From the NCBI GenBank assembly GCA_964590575.1, contig CAZPWM010000047.1, positions 1-22,902 of the forward strand: a stretch of 22,902 nucleotides of DNA, read 5' to 3'. The translations under genes and the position numbers were made by a program. The notes under the pieces are model-generated. The model searched no databases, was not told the origin of the DNA, and worked only from the letters and a program-made list of their open reading frames with translations. Shown one piece after another: positions 1 through 8,960 of this stretch. Position 1 is the first letter of the stretch. Every line of letters starts with the position of its first letter. Source of the stretch: an uncultured archaeon. Lineage in GTDB: Archaea; Asgardarchaeota; Thorarchaeia; Thorarchaeales; Thorarchaeaceae.

Positions 1-213
1 GGCTATAACTTGAATGTCACAGTGACTGACAACGAAGGTAATAGTCTTACTGCCTCTTTCAGGGTGGCTGTTCTTGAATCAGCAGGACCCTCTCAACCCA
101 CCTTGGTAGATGGTCCGTTTCTGATAATAATTGCCTTAGTCGGAGTGGTATTCGTGCTCACGATAGTCATTTTACTCCAACAACGCAAGTCTGGAACCCG
201 AGCAGCTTCATGA
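1..213 (+). CDS. 3' end of a cell-surface protein (Ig-like strand, linker, C-terminal TM anchor, basic tail); truncated by the window start
   Basis: Frame is open from base 1 (GYNLNVTVTDNEGN...). Hydrophobic FLIIIALVGVVFVLTIVILL is followed by QQRK, the same anchor layout as the two large surface proteins downstream. Confidence 0.8.
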   Translation, partial: GYNLNVTVTDNEGNSLTASFRVAVLESAGPSQPTLVDGPFLIIIALVGVVFVLTIVILLQQRKSGTRAAS

Positions 214-241
214 GCATCGATTTCAACAATAGTAGTGTGTT

Positions 242-264
242 CTAAGCGACATCTGGTCGCTTAG
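242..264. terminator. Perfect 9-bp inverted repeat, candidate terminator or 3' stabilising hairpin
   Basis: CTAAGCGAC-atctg-GTCGCTTAG, 28 nt after the stop at 213. Confidence 0.45.
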
Positions 265-276
265 CTCCTCAATCTT

Positions 277-294
277 GAGAGATTATGTTATCAG
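277..294 (+). promoter_or_regulatory. Putative promoter (BRE/TATA position) of the ycaQ-like remnant
   Basis: gAGaGATtATgTTATCAG aligns ungapped (14/18) with 4202-4219; both start 42 nt before the ATG of their paralog. Confidence 0.5.
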
Positions 295-318
295 GAGGAC
301 CTTATGTTCTAGCATGGT

Positions 319-654
319 ATGATTGAGGTCTCTCTTGATGCAGCAAGAAGTTTCATTTTAGATGTACAAGGATTAAGAACCTCCAAACTACCAGAGTCAG
401 TTAAAAGCGAGGCAGAGAGAATACATAATATTCAGATTGATACGATCTCAGTTGTCTCGCGAAGTCATAACCTCACCACATTCAACAGATACCCACAGTA
501 CAAAGAAGGAGAAATCTGGGAGGTTGAGAAACAGAGTGACCTCTTCGAGTTCTGGTTTCATGCGATGTGCATGATGCCCATACCAAAAGCACTGCCGCAC
601 CAAAGAATCATGAAACATACACCAACTATTGTGCCCGACCGAGTATTCTGCTGA
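319..654 (+). pseudogene. Internally deleted paralog of the YcaQ-like glycosylase at 4244
   Basis: Residues 1-87 match the 4244 protein at 63/87 by hand count. The sequence then jumps to degraded matches of its residues ~300-325 (QRIMK vs KRIWN, PDRVFC* vs PDRVFGY). Weak further similarity (KSFHLEV vs RKKHLLEI) lies at ~720-745 in another frame. Confidence 0.85.
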
Positions 655-756
655 CTCATCCACGCGTCCCTCAAGGTGGAGCGTATTTCGAAGACCAATA
701 GAGTTTGTGTGCTATCTCAACAAATCATTTCATCTGGAGGTTGCTAAACCTATGCT

Positions 757-3700
757 TCATGTTCGTTTCTTGAAGATGAGGATTATAACAACTATAATGA
801 TGATAGCAGATACACCAATTATAGTCAGAAGAATGAGTGACTCTGGCTGAGTGGGTGTGGTTGTACTTGTTTCTGTGGTAGTCAAAGTTGTTGTACTAGC
901 TGGAATAACAAAAACAAAAACAGTATCAGACACTGCTTGCCCACTGGTATCCTCAAGTATGATCGTATAGTTGTACACACCTACATCTAGTCCTTCAATA
1001 TTGTACCAGATTGGATTTCCGTTCCATGGAGCTGCGTAGTCTATTGTCGAATTAAGATAAACCGTGTAGTTAGCCGGGTTGAAATCAGATGCGTCCCAAA
1101 ATATCTCCAAATCAGATGTACCCACTTCATATGTGATGTCATCTGGTGAAGAGAGATATGGTACAGTATCCCATACAGTAACTTGCACGCTATCACTGAC
1201 ACTATTCCCACTCGTATCATTCACTAAAAGGGTGAAATTATACGTTCCAATTGGCAGTCCATTGATGTCAACCTGAATGGTTAATCCAGCCCATATCCCT
1301 GATTCGTGTAGTCCATCATTAAGGTATACATAGTAACCAAATGGATTCAGATCTGTTGGACTCCAAATAATAGTGTGCCCAGTAGTATCGAAATTATATC
1401 CAATGTCAGGTGGTGAATTAATGGTAGGATTGTTATCGTATATTGTAACTAATACCGTGTCAATCTTGTATGCTCCTGATGTCCCATTAATGAATAGTGT
1501 ATAGTTGAAGATTCCTAATGAAGAAGTAACAACATCTACGGAAATTCCCAACCCATCCCATACTCCTTCCGCATGAACTAATCCTTCAAGGTATACGATA
1601 TAATAATCGGGTTCCGTTGAGAATGAATTCCACGTGAAAGTGACTCCGACCGATTCTAACTGGTAGCTCTCATCAGTATGACTTGTGAGAACTACTGCTG
1701 GACCTCGAGGATATCGATCTTCATTATTTCCTGGTCCTGGTATTGGATAAGTGCCAGGCCCATGATAATCATCCCAGTAGTTGCCAATTGATACACCATC
1801 ATCCCATGTATTCGTTGCTTGATACCCATAACCGTTGCCATCATGATTGGAGGAGAAATTGTTTCCAAAGACCGTATTGTAGTCTGTGAAGACATAAAGA
1901 TTGATTCCATATGCTGCATTTCCTTCTACTGTATTATTGATCAATTGATAGTGGCCACCATGGAATAGTGATATTCCATCAGCTCCGTTCTGGACAACTG
2001 CATTCCCAATGATTTCGCCATAGGTTGAACTCATGCAGTATATACCATGGTTCCCATTGTTTTTAGTCGTACCTCCATGAATAACAATCCAATCTGAGTA
2101 GTACAGCCTGTAACCATAGCTTAAACTAAACAGTACATCACAATCAAAGATTGTCGAATTGTCATAATAGTAAGTATAGAATGCTTCATAATTATAATCG
2201 AAAGTACAGTGAGAAAAATTGAGTCGAGCTGAATCTCTAAGGTATGCACCATAATTATTGGATGAGGACCTACTCTCATTTATTGTGAAATCTGTACAGC
2301 TGTAGAGATACAGTCCGTAACCTGAGTCTTGTATTGTGACATTCTTTAATCTACAGTCGGTCGAAAAGTATGACAGGAATGCGGCACTCGTTGAGTTTTG
2401 AATTGTGTTGTTAATGAATTCGCAGTTGCTACATTCCTGGAGCATCAGGCCAATGTGATTATCCATGAGCATATTTTCACTAATATTGCAATCAGTTGAA
2501 TATGCAAGGGCAAGCCCCATGGTAGCTTTCATGATTTCATAGTCTTTGATAAGAAAGCGAGTTGAATTCACCACAATGATTTGTCCTAATGAGTCATCAT
2601 CCAATGTCACATCCGATTCTTGATAGAAATATCCTATCGGTTTTCCGTTGACTGTCGTTCCTGTGAAATTGTGTACCCAATTATTCGCAGCAAAACCCGA
2701 GATATATACTCCGCAATTCTCTAATGTAGTTGCGATGATGTTGCAGAAATCTGATTCGTAAAGGTAAATTCCTCTCATTTGGTTTGAAACTGTAGTCGAA
2801 TTCACAGTACAGTTACTTGAGTAGTAGAATGCAATTCCAGTATCTGTTTGAGGTAATGTACCATCTTGTACTACTAATCCCGAACAATTGACAGCAAGAA
2901 TTTGGCCATATGAATTACCTTCAAGAGTCATGTCAATAGAATTGAAGAAATACCCGAGAATTTTGCCATTAGCGATGTTGTCTGAAACTGTGTGTTTGTA
3001 ATCGAGGATATCCCCACCAGTCAATACGAGACCATCATTCTCGAAAACATTGCTAGACAGAGTGCAGTTACGCGCATAGTAGAGATAGAATCCAAAGTGA
3101 GAATTCCCACTAATGTGATTATGTACTATGATCGCATCATCTCCTCTGTTCCAATGCACGCCATATCCATTATTGTCCCGAATTGAATTGTTGGCAAATA
3201 ACAAATTGTCACTATCATAAATTCTGAAACCTAGTTCTCTATTCTCATTGAATGAGTTGTTCGTAATCGTGATGAAATCACATGATTCCAGATAAGTCCC
3301 ACTTGAAGAATTCCAGAAGGTATTGAAGGTGATTTCACTGGAACTACAAGACAGCATGTAAAGTGCTTCTTCATATGAGTTCCAAATAGTATTATTATCA
3401 ATTCTACAATTAGAGCTTTGGCAATAGATTCCCCGATCTAGAGTATCATAGATTACATTGTGAGTTATATTGCAGTAGCTAGAAGATGATAGACGAATAC
3501 CGTGTCGACTTAGATTATACATTGTATTGTTGGAAATCACTAAGCCATTAGTGTTCATAACATAGACACCGTAACTCTTCATCATAACGGTGCAATTTTC
3601 CACCCGACCTTTGTCTGCGTGATTAATATGAATTCCTACTCCTTGAATGGAGTCAGAACGCAGTAAACAATTGCGAATTACATAATGCTTTGAAGTGTAT

Positions 3701-3999
3701 ATAATGGAGATGCAATCATAATTATCATTTATCTCTAGATTTTCAATTACGTAGGGATCTTGTTCAGTTCCAGATCCTAGGATTCCCTGTTCATCCCAAT
3801 CAAGATCATCGGATATTGATATTCTATTATGCAATTCAAAAGAAGGTGAATGCGTTTTCACTTCAATTGATTCGATATCGATTATTGTCTGAGATTCAAA
3901 TTCCTTTCCAAGAGAAGAATAATGCCCTATGTATGAAATCAATGGAATGACTGCCAGGATTCCGATGAGAAAAAGACCTAGTATTCCCTTACGATTCAC
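757..3999 (-). CDS. Cell-surface glycoprotein: NosD/PbH1-type right-handed beta-helix, 3 Ig-like repeats, Thr-rich linker, C-terminal TM anchor
   Basis: 1080 aa with an N-terminal signal-like segment, many GIxLxxSxxxxIxxNxI repeats and the NxWDDGxxxGNYWDDY cap. Ends with TTTLTTTETSTTTPT, a TM helix and KKRT. Many N-x-S/T sequons. GTG start preceded by GAGGT. Confidence 0.9.
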   Translation of the reverse strand: MNRKGILGLFLIGILAVIPLISYIGHYSSLGKEFESQTIIDIESIEVKTHSPSFELHNRISISDDLDWDEQGILGSGTEQDPYVIENLEINDNYDCISIIYTSKHYVIRNCLLRSDSIQGVGIHINHADKGRVENCTVMMKSYGVYVMNTNGLVISNNTMYNLSRHGIRLSSSSYCNITHNVIYDTLDRGIYCQSSNCRIDNNTIWNSYEEALYMLSCSSSEITFNTFWNSSSGTYLESCDFITITNNSFNENRELGFRIYDSDNLLFANNSIRDNNGYGVHWNRGDDAIIVHNHISGNSHFGFYLYYARNCTLSSNVFENDGLVLTGGDILDYKHTVSDNIANGKILGYFFNSIDMTLEGNSYGQILAVNCSGLVVQDGTLPQTDTGIAFYYSSNCTVNSTTVSNQMRGIYLYESDFCNIIATTLENCGVYISGFAANNWVHNFTGTTVNGKPIGYFYQESDVTLDDDSLGQIIVVNSTRFLIKDYEIMKATMGLALAYSTDCNISENMLMDNHIGLMLQECSNCEFINNTIQNSTSAAFLSYFSTDCRLKNVTIQDSGYGLYLYSCTDFTINESRSSSNNYGAYLRDSARLNFSHCTFDYNYEAFYTYYYDNSTIFDCDVLFSLSYGYRLYYSDWIVIHGGTTKNNGNHGIYCMSSTYGEIIGNAVVQNGADGISLFHGGHYQLINNTVEGNAAYGINLYVFTDYNTVFGNNFSSNHDGNGYGYQATNTWDDGVSIGNYWDDYHGPGTYPIPGPGNNEDRYPRGPAVVLTSHTDESYQLESVGVTFTWNSFSTEPDYYIVYLEGLVHAEGVWDGLGISVDVVTSSLGIFNYTLFINGTSGAYKIDTVLVTIYDNNPTINSPPDIGYNFDTTGHTIIWSPTDLNPFGYYVYLNDGLHESGIWAGLTIQVDINGLPIGTYNFTLLVNDTSGNSVSDSVQVTVWDTVPYLSSPDDITYEVGTSDLEIFWDASDFNPANYTVYLNSTIDYAAPWNGNPIWYNIEGLDVGVYNYTIILEDTSGQAVSDTVFVFVIPASTTTLTTTETSTTTPTQPESLILLTIIGVSAIIIIVVIILIFKKRT
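901..1698 (-). repeat. Three tandem ~89-aa Ig-like repeats
   Basis: Recurring pattern SxxDxxY...W...P..Y.VYL......W.G..I......G.(Y/F)N(Y/F)T....TSG....D(T/S)V.V seen three times. Confidence 0.8.
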
Positions 4000-4201
4000 T
4001 TTACCTCACTCCAATATCCAGCCACGATGAATGATGAGTTATCCAACTCAAGCTAGTTGCAATATATTTAGTTTTCGAGAGAATTCAATTCCATTTTCGC
4101 CTGGGTATAAAAATAAAGGGGGAAAAGAGAAAGAAAACCAGAAGGTGATTTTGATAACATCACAAACCTCGTTTTATTCATCTGAGATTCCCATTTTCTT
4201 C

Positions 4202-4219
4202 TAGGGATGATATTATCAG
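4202..4219 (+). promoter_or_regulatory. Putative promoter of intact ycaQ-like gene
   Basis: tAGgGATgATaTTATCAG is conserved with 277-294 at the same distance from the ATG. The position fits an archaeal TATA box of a leaderless or short-leader transcript. Confidence 0.5.
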
Positions 4220-4243
4220 TAAGAATTCATTGTCGAAGTTATT

Positions 4244-5464
4244 ATGATTGAGATAAATGTTGAAGATGCTAGAAGGTTTGTTCTGGATGTGCAGGGTCTC
4301 AGAACCAACAGGCCGTGCAAATCAACAAAGGATGTTGCATACCGCATTCACAATATCCAGATTGACACAATCTCAGTCGTTTCTCGAAGTCATAACCTCA
4401 TCACATTCAACAGATTCCCAAAGTATGAAGAGGGAGAAATCTGGGAGATTGAGAAGCGAGGTGACCTCTTCGAATTCTGGTCTCATGCGATGTGCATGAT
4501 GCCCGTAGAAACCTATCCGTTCTACGCATGGAGAAGGCAGTTCTATCCAGGACCTAGTGGTCAGAAGTGGGCGATAGAGCAGAAGGATATCATTGACCAA
4601 GTCTACAAACATGTTAAGAAGAATGGGATCACTCACAGCGCGGGAATAGGTGAGAAGACTACCAAGAGTACAGGATGGTGGGATTGGAAAGTCGAGAAAC
4701 GCGCACTAGAACACCTTTTCACATTGGGAAAGTTAATGGTAGCATATCGACAAGGCTTTCAGAAATACTACGATCTCGCCGAGCGGGTCCTTCCCGCACA
4801 CATAGATTCTGAACCCATGACTGATGAAGAGGCTGCAGAGTTTGTCATTGAAAGCTCGCTTGGTTCTCTTGGTGTAGGGTGCTTTGATGATATTCGGACT
4901 TATCATAATAGACTTCCTTCACAGAAGATTTGGGGAGGTAGGAAGGAACCAATGGAAGCATACCTCGACGAAAAGGTGGCGAGCGGCCACCTTGAGGAGG
5001 TCTCAATCATTGGAATCGATGAACGATATTTCATTCTTGCTAAGAATGTGAATCGATTGAATGCATCAGATCAATTGGATTTTGATGACACACCGGTAAA
5101 ACTCTTGACTCCCTTTGACAATATAGTACGACATAGAGAATTTCCTAAACGAATCTGGAATTTCGATTACAAAATAGAATGCTTTGTACCTGAACCGGAC
5201 CGAGTCTTTGGTTACTTTGTCCTTCCAATCCTTGATAGGAATGACCTTGTGGGAAGGTTAGATGCTAAGGTTCACAGAAAGAAACACCTTCTTGAGATCA
5301 AGGCAATATATCTAGAAAACGAATCGATCAAGTCACCTGATGGTCTTGATCGTCTTGCAAGAGGAATCACGGATTTTGCTCAATTCCATGCGTGCGATAA
5401 CGTGAAGGTCACTAGAGTGAGTCCTAGAAATTTAACAAAATCAATACGCTCAATGTGTGAATGA
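4244..5464 (+). CDS. ycaQ: YcaQ-like winged-helix DNA glycosylase (HTH_42, AlkZ/YcaQ family; interstrand crosslink repair)
   Basis: 406 aa with IQIDTISVVSRSH (QxD motif of the YcaQ-like subfamily), FEFWSH, GWWDWK, LTPFDN and YKIECFVP..DRVFGYFVLPIL...LVGRLDAK. Confidence 0.9.
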   Translation: MIEINVEDARRFVLDVQGLRTNRPCKSTKDVAYRIHNIQIDTISVVSRSHNLITFNRFPKYEEGEIWEIEKRGDLFEFWSHAMCMMPVETYPFYAWRRQFYPGPSGQKWAIEQKDIIDQVYKHVKKNGITHSAGIGEKTTKSTGWWDWKVEKRALEHLFTLGKLMVAYRQGFQKYYDLAERVLPAHIDSEPMTDEEAAEFVIESSLGSLGVGCFDDIRTYHNRLPSQKIWGGRKEPMEAYLDEKVASGHLEEVSIIGIDERYFILAKNVNRLNASDQLDFDDTPVKLLTPFDNIVRHREFPKRIWNFDYKIECFVPEPDRVFGYFVLPILDRNDLVGRLDAKVHRKKHLLEIKAIYLENESIKSPDGLDRLARGITDFAQFHACDNVKVTRVSPRNLTKSIRSMCE

Positions 5465-5559
5465 GCTACAAATTACGAGGATTTTTCTTCTTCCGTGCAG
5501 TCTACAACAAGTCACCTTTCTCAAGGTTGACTCAAATAGCTTAAACGCGTGGGATAGGA

Positions 5560-8500
5560 ATGGAGTTGAAAAGCCATCACTACATAGCCGGGTTGATTGT
5601 ATGTGTTCTCTTGCTTTCATTTACGACACCAGCAATGGAAATTCATACAGATACCTTTGAGCCAATGAAAAGAACTAATGCACCTTTCACTAGCAGTTAC
5701 ACCGATCATGATGCCGTCTCTGTTACAGGAGATGTTGAGCTAGCAGCCATCTCAGTGAGTGGAACTGGATGGGTACTTGATCCGTACATTCTAGAGGGTT
5801 GGAACATCACCACCTCAGTTCAAGATGGAATCTACATCCAAGACACAACTGCACACTTCGTCATCCGAGATTGCTGGATTAGCTCCACGCTTGATAGTGC
5901 AATAGAGATTCAAAACGCAGCTGTGGGAACAGTGACCATACAGGATACGCAATGTATAGACTCAAAGTATGGTATTTGGATCAAATCATGTGAGAATTCC
6001 ACCGTAAAAAGGAACCAATGTCATGGATCAATGAAAGGTATCTGGGCAGACCAGTGTGGGGGCACTCTGTTTGCAAACAATATATGCAATGCGACTAGTA
6101 CGGACAGCATCTTTGTTGAAGATTCACCATACTGCAATTTCACAAGCAACACCTGCAGCTTTGCTAACTATAACCAAGTATATTCAACATCTCATGGTAC
6201 AGGGAAAGGAATCTATGCCACTTCCTCAGATCACTCATTTTTCTATAACAACACGTGTCTCAAAAATGAGTATGATGGTTTCAGAGTCACAGCCAGTCCA
6301 TCCTCTGTGATACTACTCAACAACATCACTGGAGGTCACTACCTCGGAATTTATCTTAGCACCTCTCAAGATTCTATCGTAGCAAATAATTCTGTAAGCT
6401 TTAATTCTGAAACTGGAATTTCCGTTTCCCAATCTGATTTCGTTATCGTGGCAAACAACTCAGCTACGAGCAATGTTAAAGGTGGAATCTCTGTTACGCT
6501 GAGCGAATCTGCTACTATTGTTGATAACACAATGACCGATGATGGATTGGGAGTATATGCTTCATCAGTCCCTGGTTATCTCGCAATGACGATCTCAGGT
6601 AACATGGTGAACCAAAAGCCCTATGGACTCTTTCTGAACAAGATTGGTGGAATGATATCAACAGACTACGGTCAGTTGTTACTCGTGAACTGTACAGGGG
6701 TTGGGGTGATTTTTCAAAATTGTTCCTTTACTTCATTCGGAATTCAGTTCTTATGGTGTAATGGATGCAGCGTATCGCTCTCGACATTCAGTAACAATGA
6801 TCAATCAGGAGTAATTGTTAGATACTCTAATCATACGATAATCAGCCACATAACCTGCAAAAATAACAGAGTGGCGGGCTGTTTCCTCGAATACACAAAC
6901 CACACCAGTATCATTGAATCAACAATATCACATGGACAATATGGATTTCAATTCACGATAGCTGAATCAACTCATATTGAGAACAACACAGTAAGGTATA
7001 GTACGGAGTATGGCCTGAAGTGGACTCTTGGAAGGGATACCTCAGTTATTGGGAATGAATTCTGGCATACTGGCATAGAATTCCTTGCAGACAGTTATCA
7101 GGACTATGTAGAAATCAATGAAACACTTCGTGGTAACAATGTAAACAAGAAACCATTAGCTATTCTGTTTGACCTTGAATATCAGGAACTAAGTAAAGAC
7201 TATGGTCAGTTGATTCTGGTCGATGCAAGAAACGTTGACATTATTGGAAAGGATTTCTCAAACACTGTTGTGGGCCTCACTCTTTTCTCCACTTCTAACT
7301 GTCGGATTATAGATACAGATGCTACAAATTGCTCGAAGTATGGCATATTTGCTGAATCATTAGGCAACACCACAATAAGTGGATGTAATTGCACTTCCAC
7401 CCGTGGAACAGGAATACGAATCTCAAGTGGTGGTAGCAATATCATTATCGACAATGATTGCAGCTACAGTGAATATGGAATGTCAATTGCATCATCTAGA
7501 GACCGAATTGAATCGAACCTTTGTAGATACACCCAACAAGGTCTTGGTGTAGGATCATGCACCACACCCCTAATTATTCACAATGATTGCAGCTTCAATC
7601 ATGGCACAGGGATATCTATAGGTGATGTAAACACTCCCATTGTTCAAGAGAATCAATGTGTTGACAACCTATACAATGGTATCTCCATGGATGGGACTAC
7701 TAACGCTGTAGTGAATGGTAACAACTGCAGCTTCAACGGACATGACGGATTTATGATAAGAGATGTATCTTCAAGTTTCTTCACGAACAACTCCTGTTAT
7801 TCGAATGGACGACATGGATTCCATTTTTGGGCGATGGGGCTGCCCTCAGACAACTGTCGTCTATCACAGAATTTCATAGTTGACAACATGGAATATGGAA
7901 TCCTCATGGAAGATTCCGAACATATCGTTATCGACCACGATTACATTGCTGAAAACCATATGTACGGAGTATTTCTTGATCTTGTTCTCGACACCAGTGT
8001 GCATCACTGCTATTTCCTCGATAATAACAATGGCAGGATACAAGCCAAAGATTATCTATCCACTCAAACTACATGGTACGATCAATATGGGTTAGAGGGT
8101 AACTTCTGGTCTGACCATCAGGGATATGGTCCATACTATATTGACGGGAGTGCAATGGCTGCAGATTTCTACCCAATCGTATTTCCAGATTTTGATAGTG
8201 ACACTCTTGATGATACGTGGGAAATTCAACATGGTTTGAACCCCTTGTCTCCAGATTCCGATAACGATCTCATGTCAGATGCGTACGAGGTTGAGAATGG
8301 GCTAGACCCCCTGTCTGATGATAGTCTAGGAGATGCTGATGGAGATTCACTTTCAAATCTCTTCGAGTTTGTTAACGGTCTCAAGGCAAACAACACGGAT
8401 TCGGACGCAGACACCATGAATGATCACTGGGAATGGATAAACAATCTAAACCCCCTGTTTGATGACTCGCAGGTCGACGCAGATGCTGATGCATTAATGA

Positions 8501-8949
8501 ACATTGATGAATATCTACATGGAACAGACCCTCGCCGTCCAGATTCAGACCTTGACTCTATGACTGACGGTTTTGAAGTGCAGTACGGGTTGAATCCTCT
8601 TACAGATGATGCAGAAGATGATCTTGATGGCGACACTCTGTCGAATGTTCTGGAATTCCTACTGGGACTCAATCCTGCAAGTGTTGACTCAGATCAGGAC
8701 CTCATGGACGATGCTTGGGAGGTAAGATATTATCTAAATCCTTTAGTGGATGATGCAGGTTGGGATCCTGATGAAGACGGAGCCACAAATTACGAGGAAT
8801 ACCTAGCTGGGACTAATCCACTTGTGGCTGGAGCAGGCGGTTCTGCGTCACCTGTTGTGGCAGCTGCACTCATTGGTCTGGGAGTGGCAGGAGGGGTAAT
8901 AGCTATGGCCATCCTATTCAGATGGAGGTCACCTAAGGCTCCGGAATGA
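5560..8949 (+). CDS. Cell-surface protein: NosD/PbH1 beta-helix, TSP3-like Ca-binding repeats, C-terminal TM anchor
   Basis: 1129 aa with signal peptide, beta-helix repeats, a GNFWSD cap, nine DxDxDxxxxxxE...NP units, a TM helix and RWRSPK tail. Confidence 0.9.
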   Translation: MELKSHHYIAGLIVCVLLLSFTTPAMEIHTDTFEPMKRTNAPFTSSYTDHDAVSVTGDVELAAISVSGTGWVLDPYILEGWNITTSVQDGIYIQDTTAHFVIRDCWISSTLDSAIEIQNAAVGTVTIQDTQCIDSKYGIWIKSCENSTVKRNQCHGSMKGIWADQCGGTLFANNICNATSTDSIFVEDSPYCNFTSNTCSFANYNQVYSTSHGTGKGIYATSSDHSFFYNNTCLKNEYDGFRVTASPSSVILLNNITGGHYLGIYLSTSQDSIVANNSVSFNSETGISVSQSDFVIVANNSATSNVKGGISVTLSESATIVDNTMTDDGLGVYASSVPGYLAMTISGNMVNQKPYGLFLNKIGGMISTDYGQLLLVNCTGVGVIFQNCSFTSFGIQFLWCNGCSVSLSTFSNNDQSGVIVRYSNHTIISHITCKNNRVAGCFLEYTNHTSIIESTISHGQYGFQFTIAESTHIENNTVRYSTEYGLKWTLGRDTSVIGNEFWHTGIEFLADSYQDYVEINETLRGNNVNKKPLAILFDLEYQELSKDYGQLILVDARNVDIIGKDFSNTVVGLTLFSTSNCRIIDTDATNCSKYGIFAESLGNTTISGCNCTSTRGTGIRISSGGSNIIIDNDCSYSEYGMSIASSRDRIESNLCRYTQQGLGVGSCTTPLIIHNDCSFNHGTGISIGDVNTPIVQENQCVDNLYNGISMDGTTNAVVNGNNCSFNGHDGFMIRDVSSSFFTNNSCYSNGRHGFHFWAMGLPSDNCRLSQNFIVDNMEYGILMEDSEHIVIDHDYIAENHMYGVFLDLVLDTSVHHCYFLDNNNGRIQAKDYLSTQTTWYDQYGLEGNFWSDHQGYGPYYIDGSAMAADFYPIVFPDFDSDTLDDTWEIQHGLNPLSPDSDNDLMSDAYEVENGLDPLSDDSLGDADGDSLSNLFEFVNGLKANNTDSDADTMNDHWEWINNLNPLFDDSQVDADADALMNIDEYLHGTDPRRPDSDLDSMTDGFEVQYGLNPLTDDAEDDLDGDTLSNVLEFLLGLNPASVDSDQDLMDDAWEVRYYLNPLVDDAGWDPDEDGATNYEEYLAGTNPLVAGAGGSASPVVAAALIGLGVAGGVIAMAILFRWRSPKAPE
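8188..8823 (+). repeat. Nine acidic thrombospondin type-3-like repeats alternating 22 and 26 aa
   Basis: DFDSDTLDDTWE.. / DSDNDLMSDAYE.. / DADGDSLSNLFE.. / DSDADTMNDHWE.. and so on. Confidence 0.85.
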
Positions 8950-8960
8950 TTATAGCGTTC

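Noticed and set aside
448-4636. Two similar minus-strand ORFs (448..663 and 4373..4636) sharing YGHHAHRM.PE.EEVT, resembling a small-protein family
   Set aside because: They are antisense shadows of the duplicated ycaQ region; the substitution pattern preserves the plus-strand frame.
8188-8823. Periodic repeats as a possible CRISPR array or DGR template
   Set aside because: Repeats are conserved at protein level only, with no identical nucleotide repeats and no cas or reverse transcriptase gene.
757-8949. Nitrous oxide reductase (nos) cluster suggested by NosD-like domains and an ABC ATPase
   Set aside because: No nosZ or nosL is present; the proteins are over 1000 aa surface-anchored beta-helices and the ABC genes are not adjacent to them.
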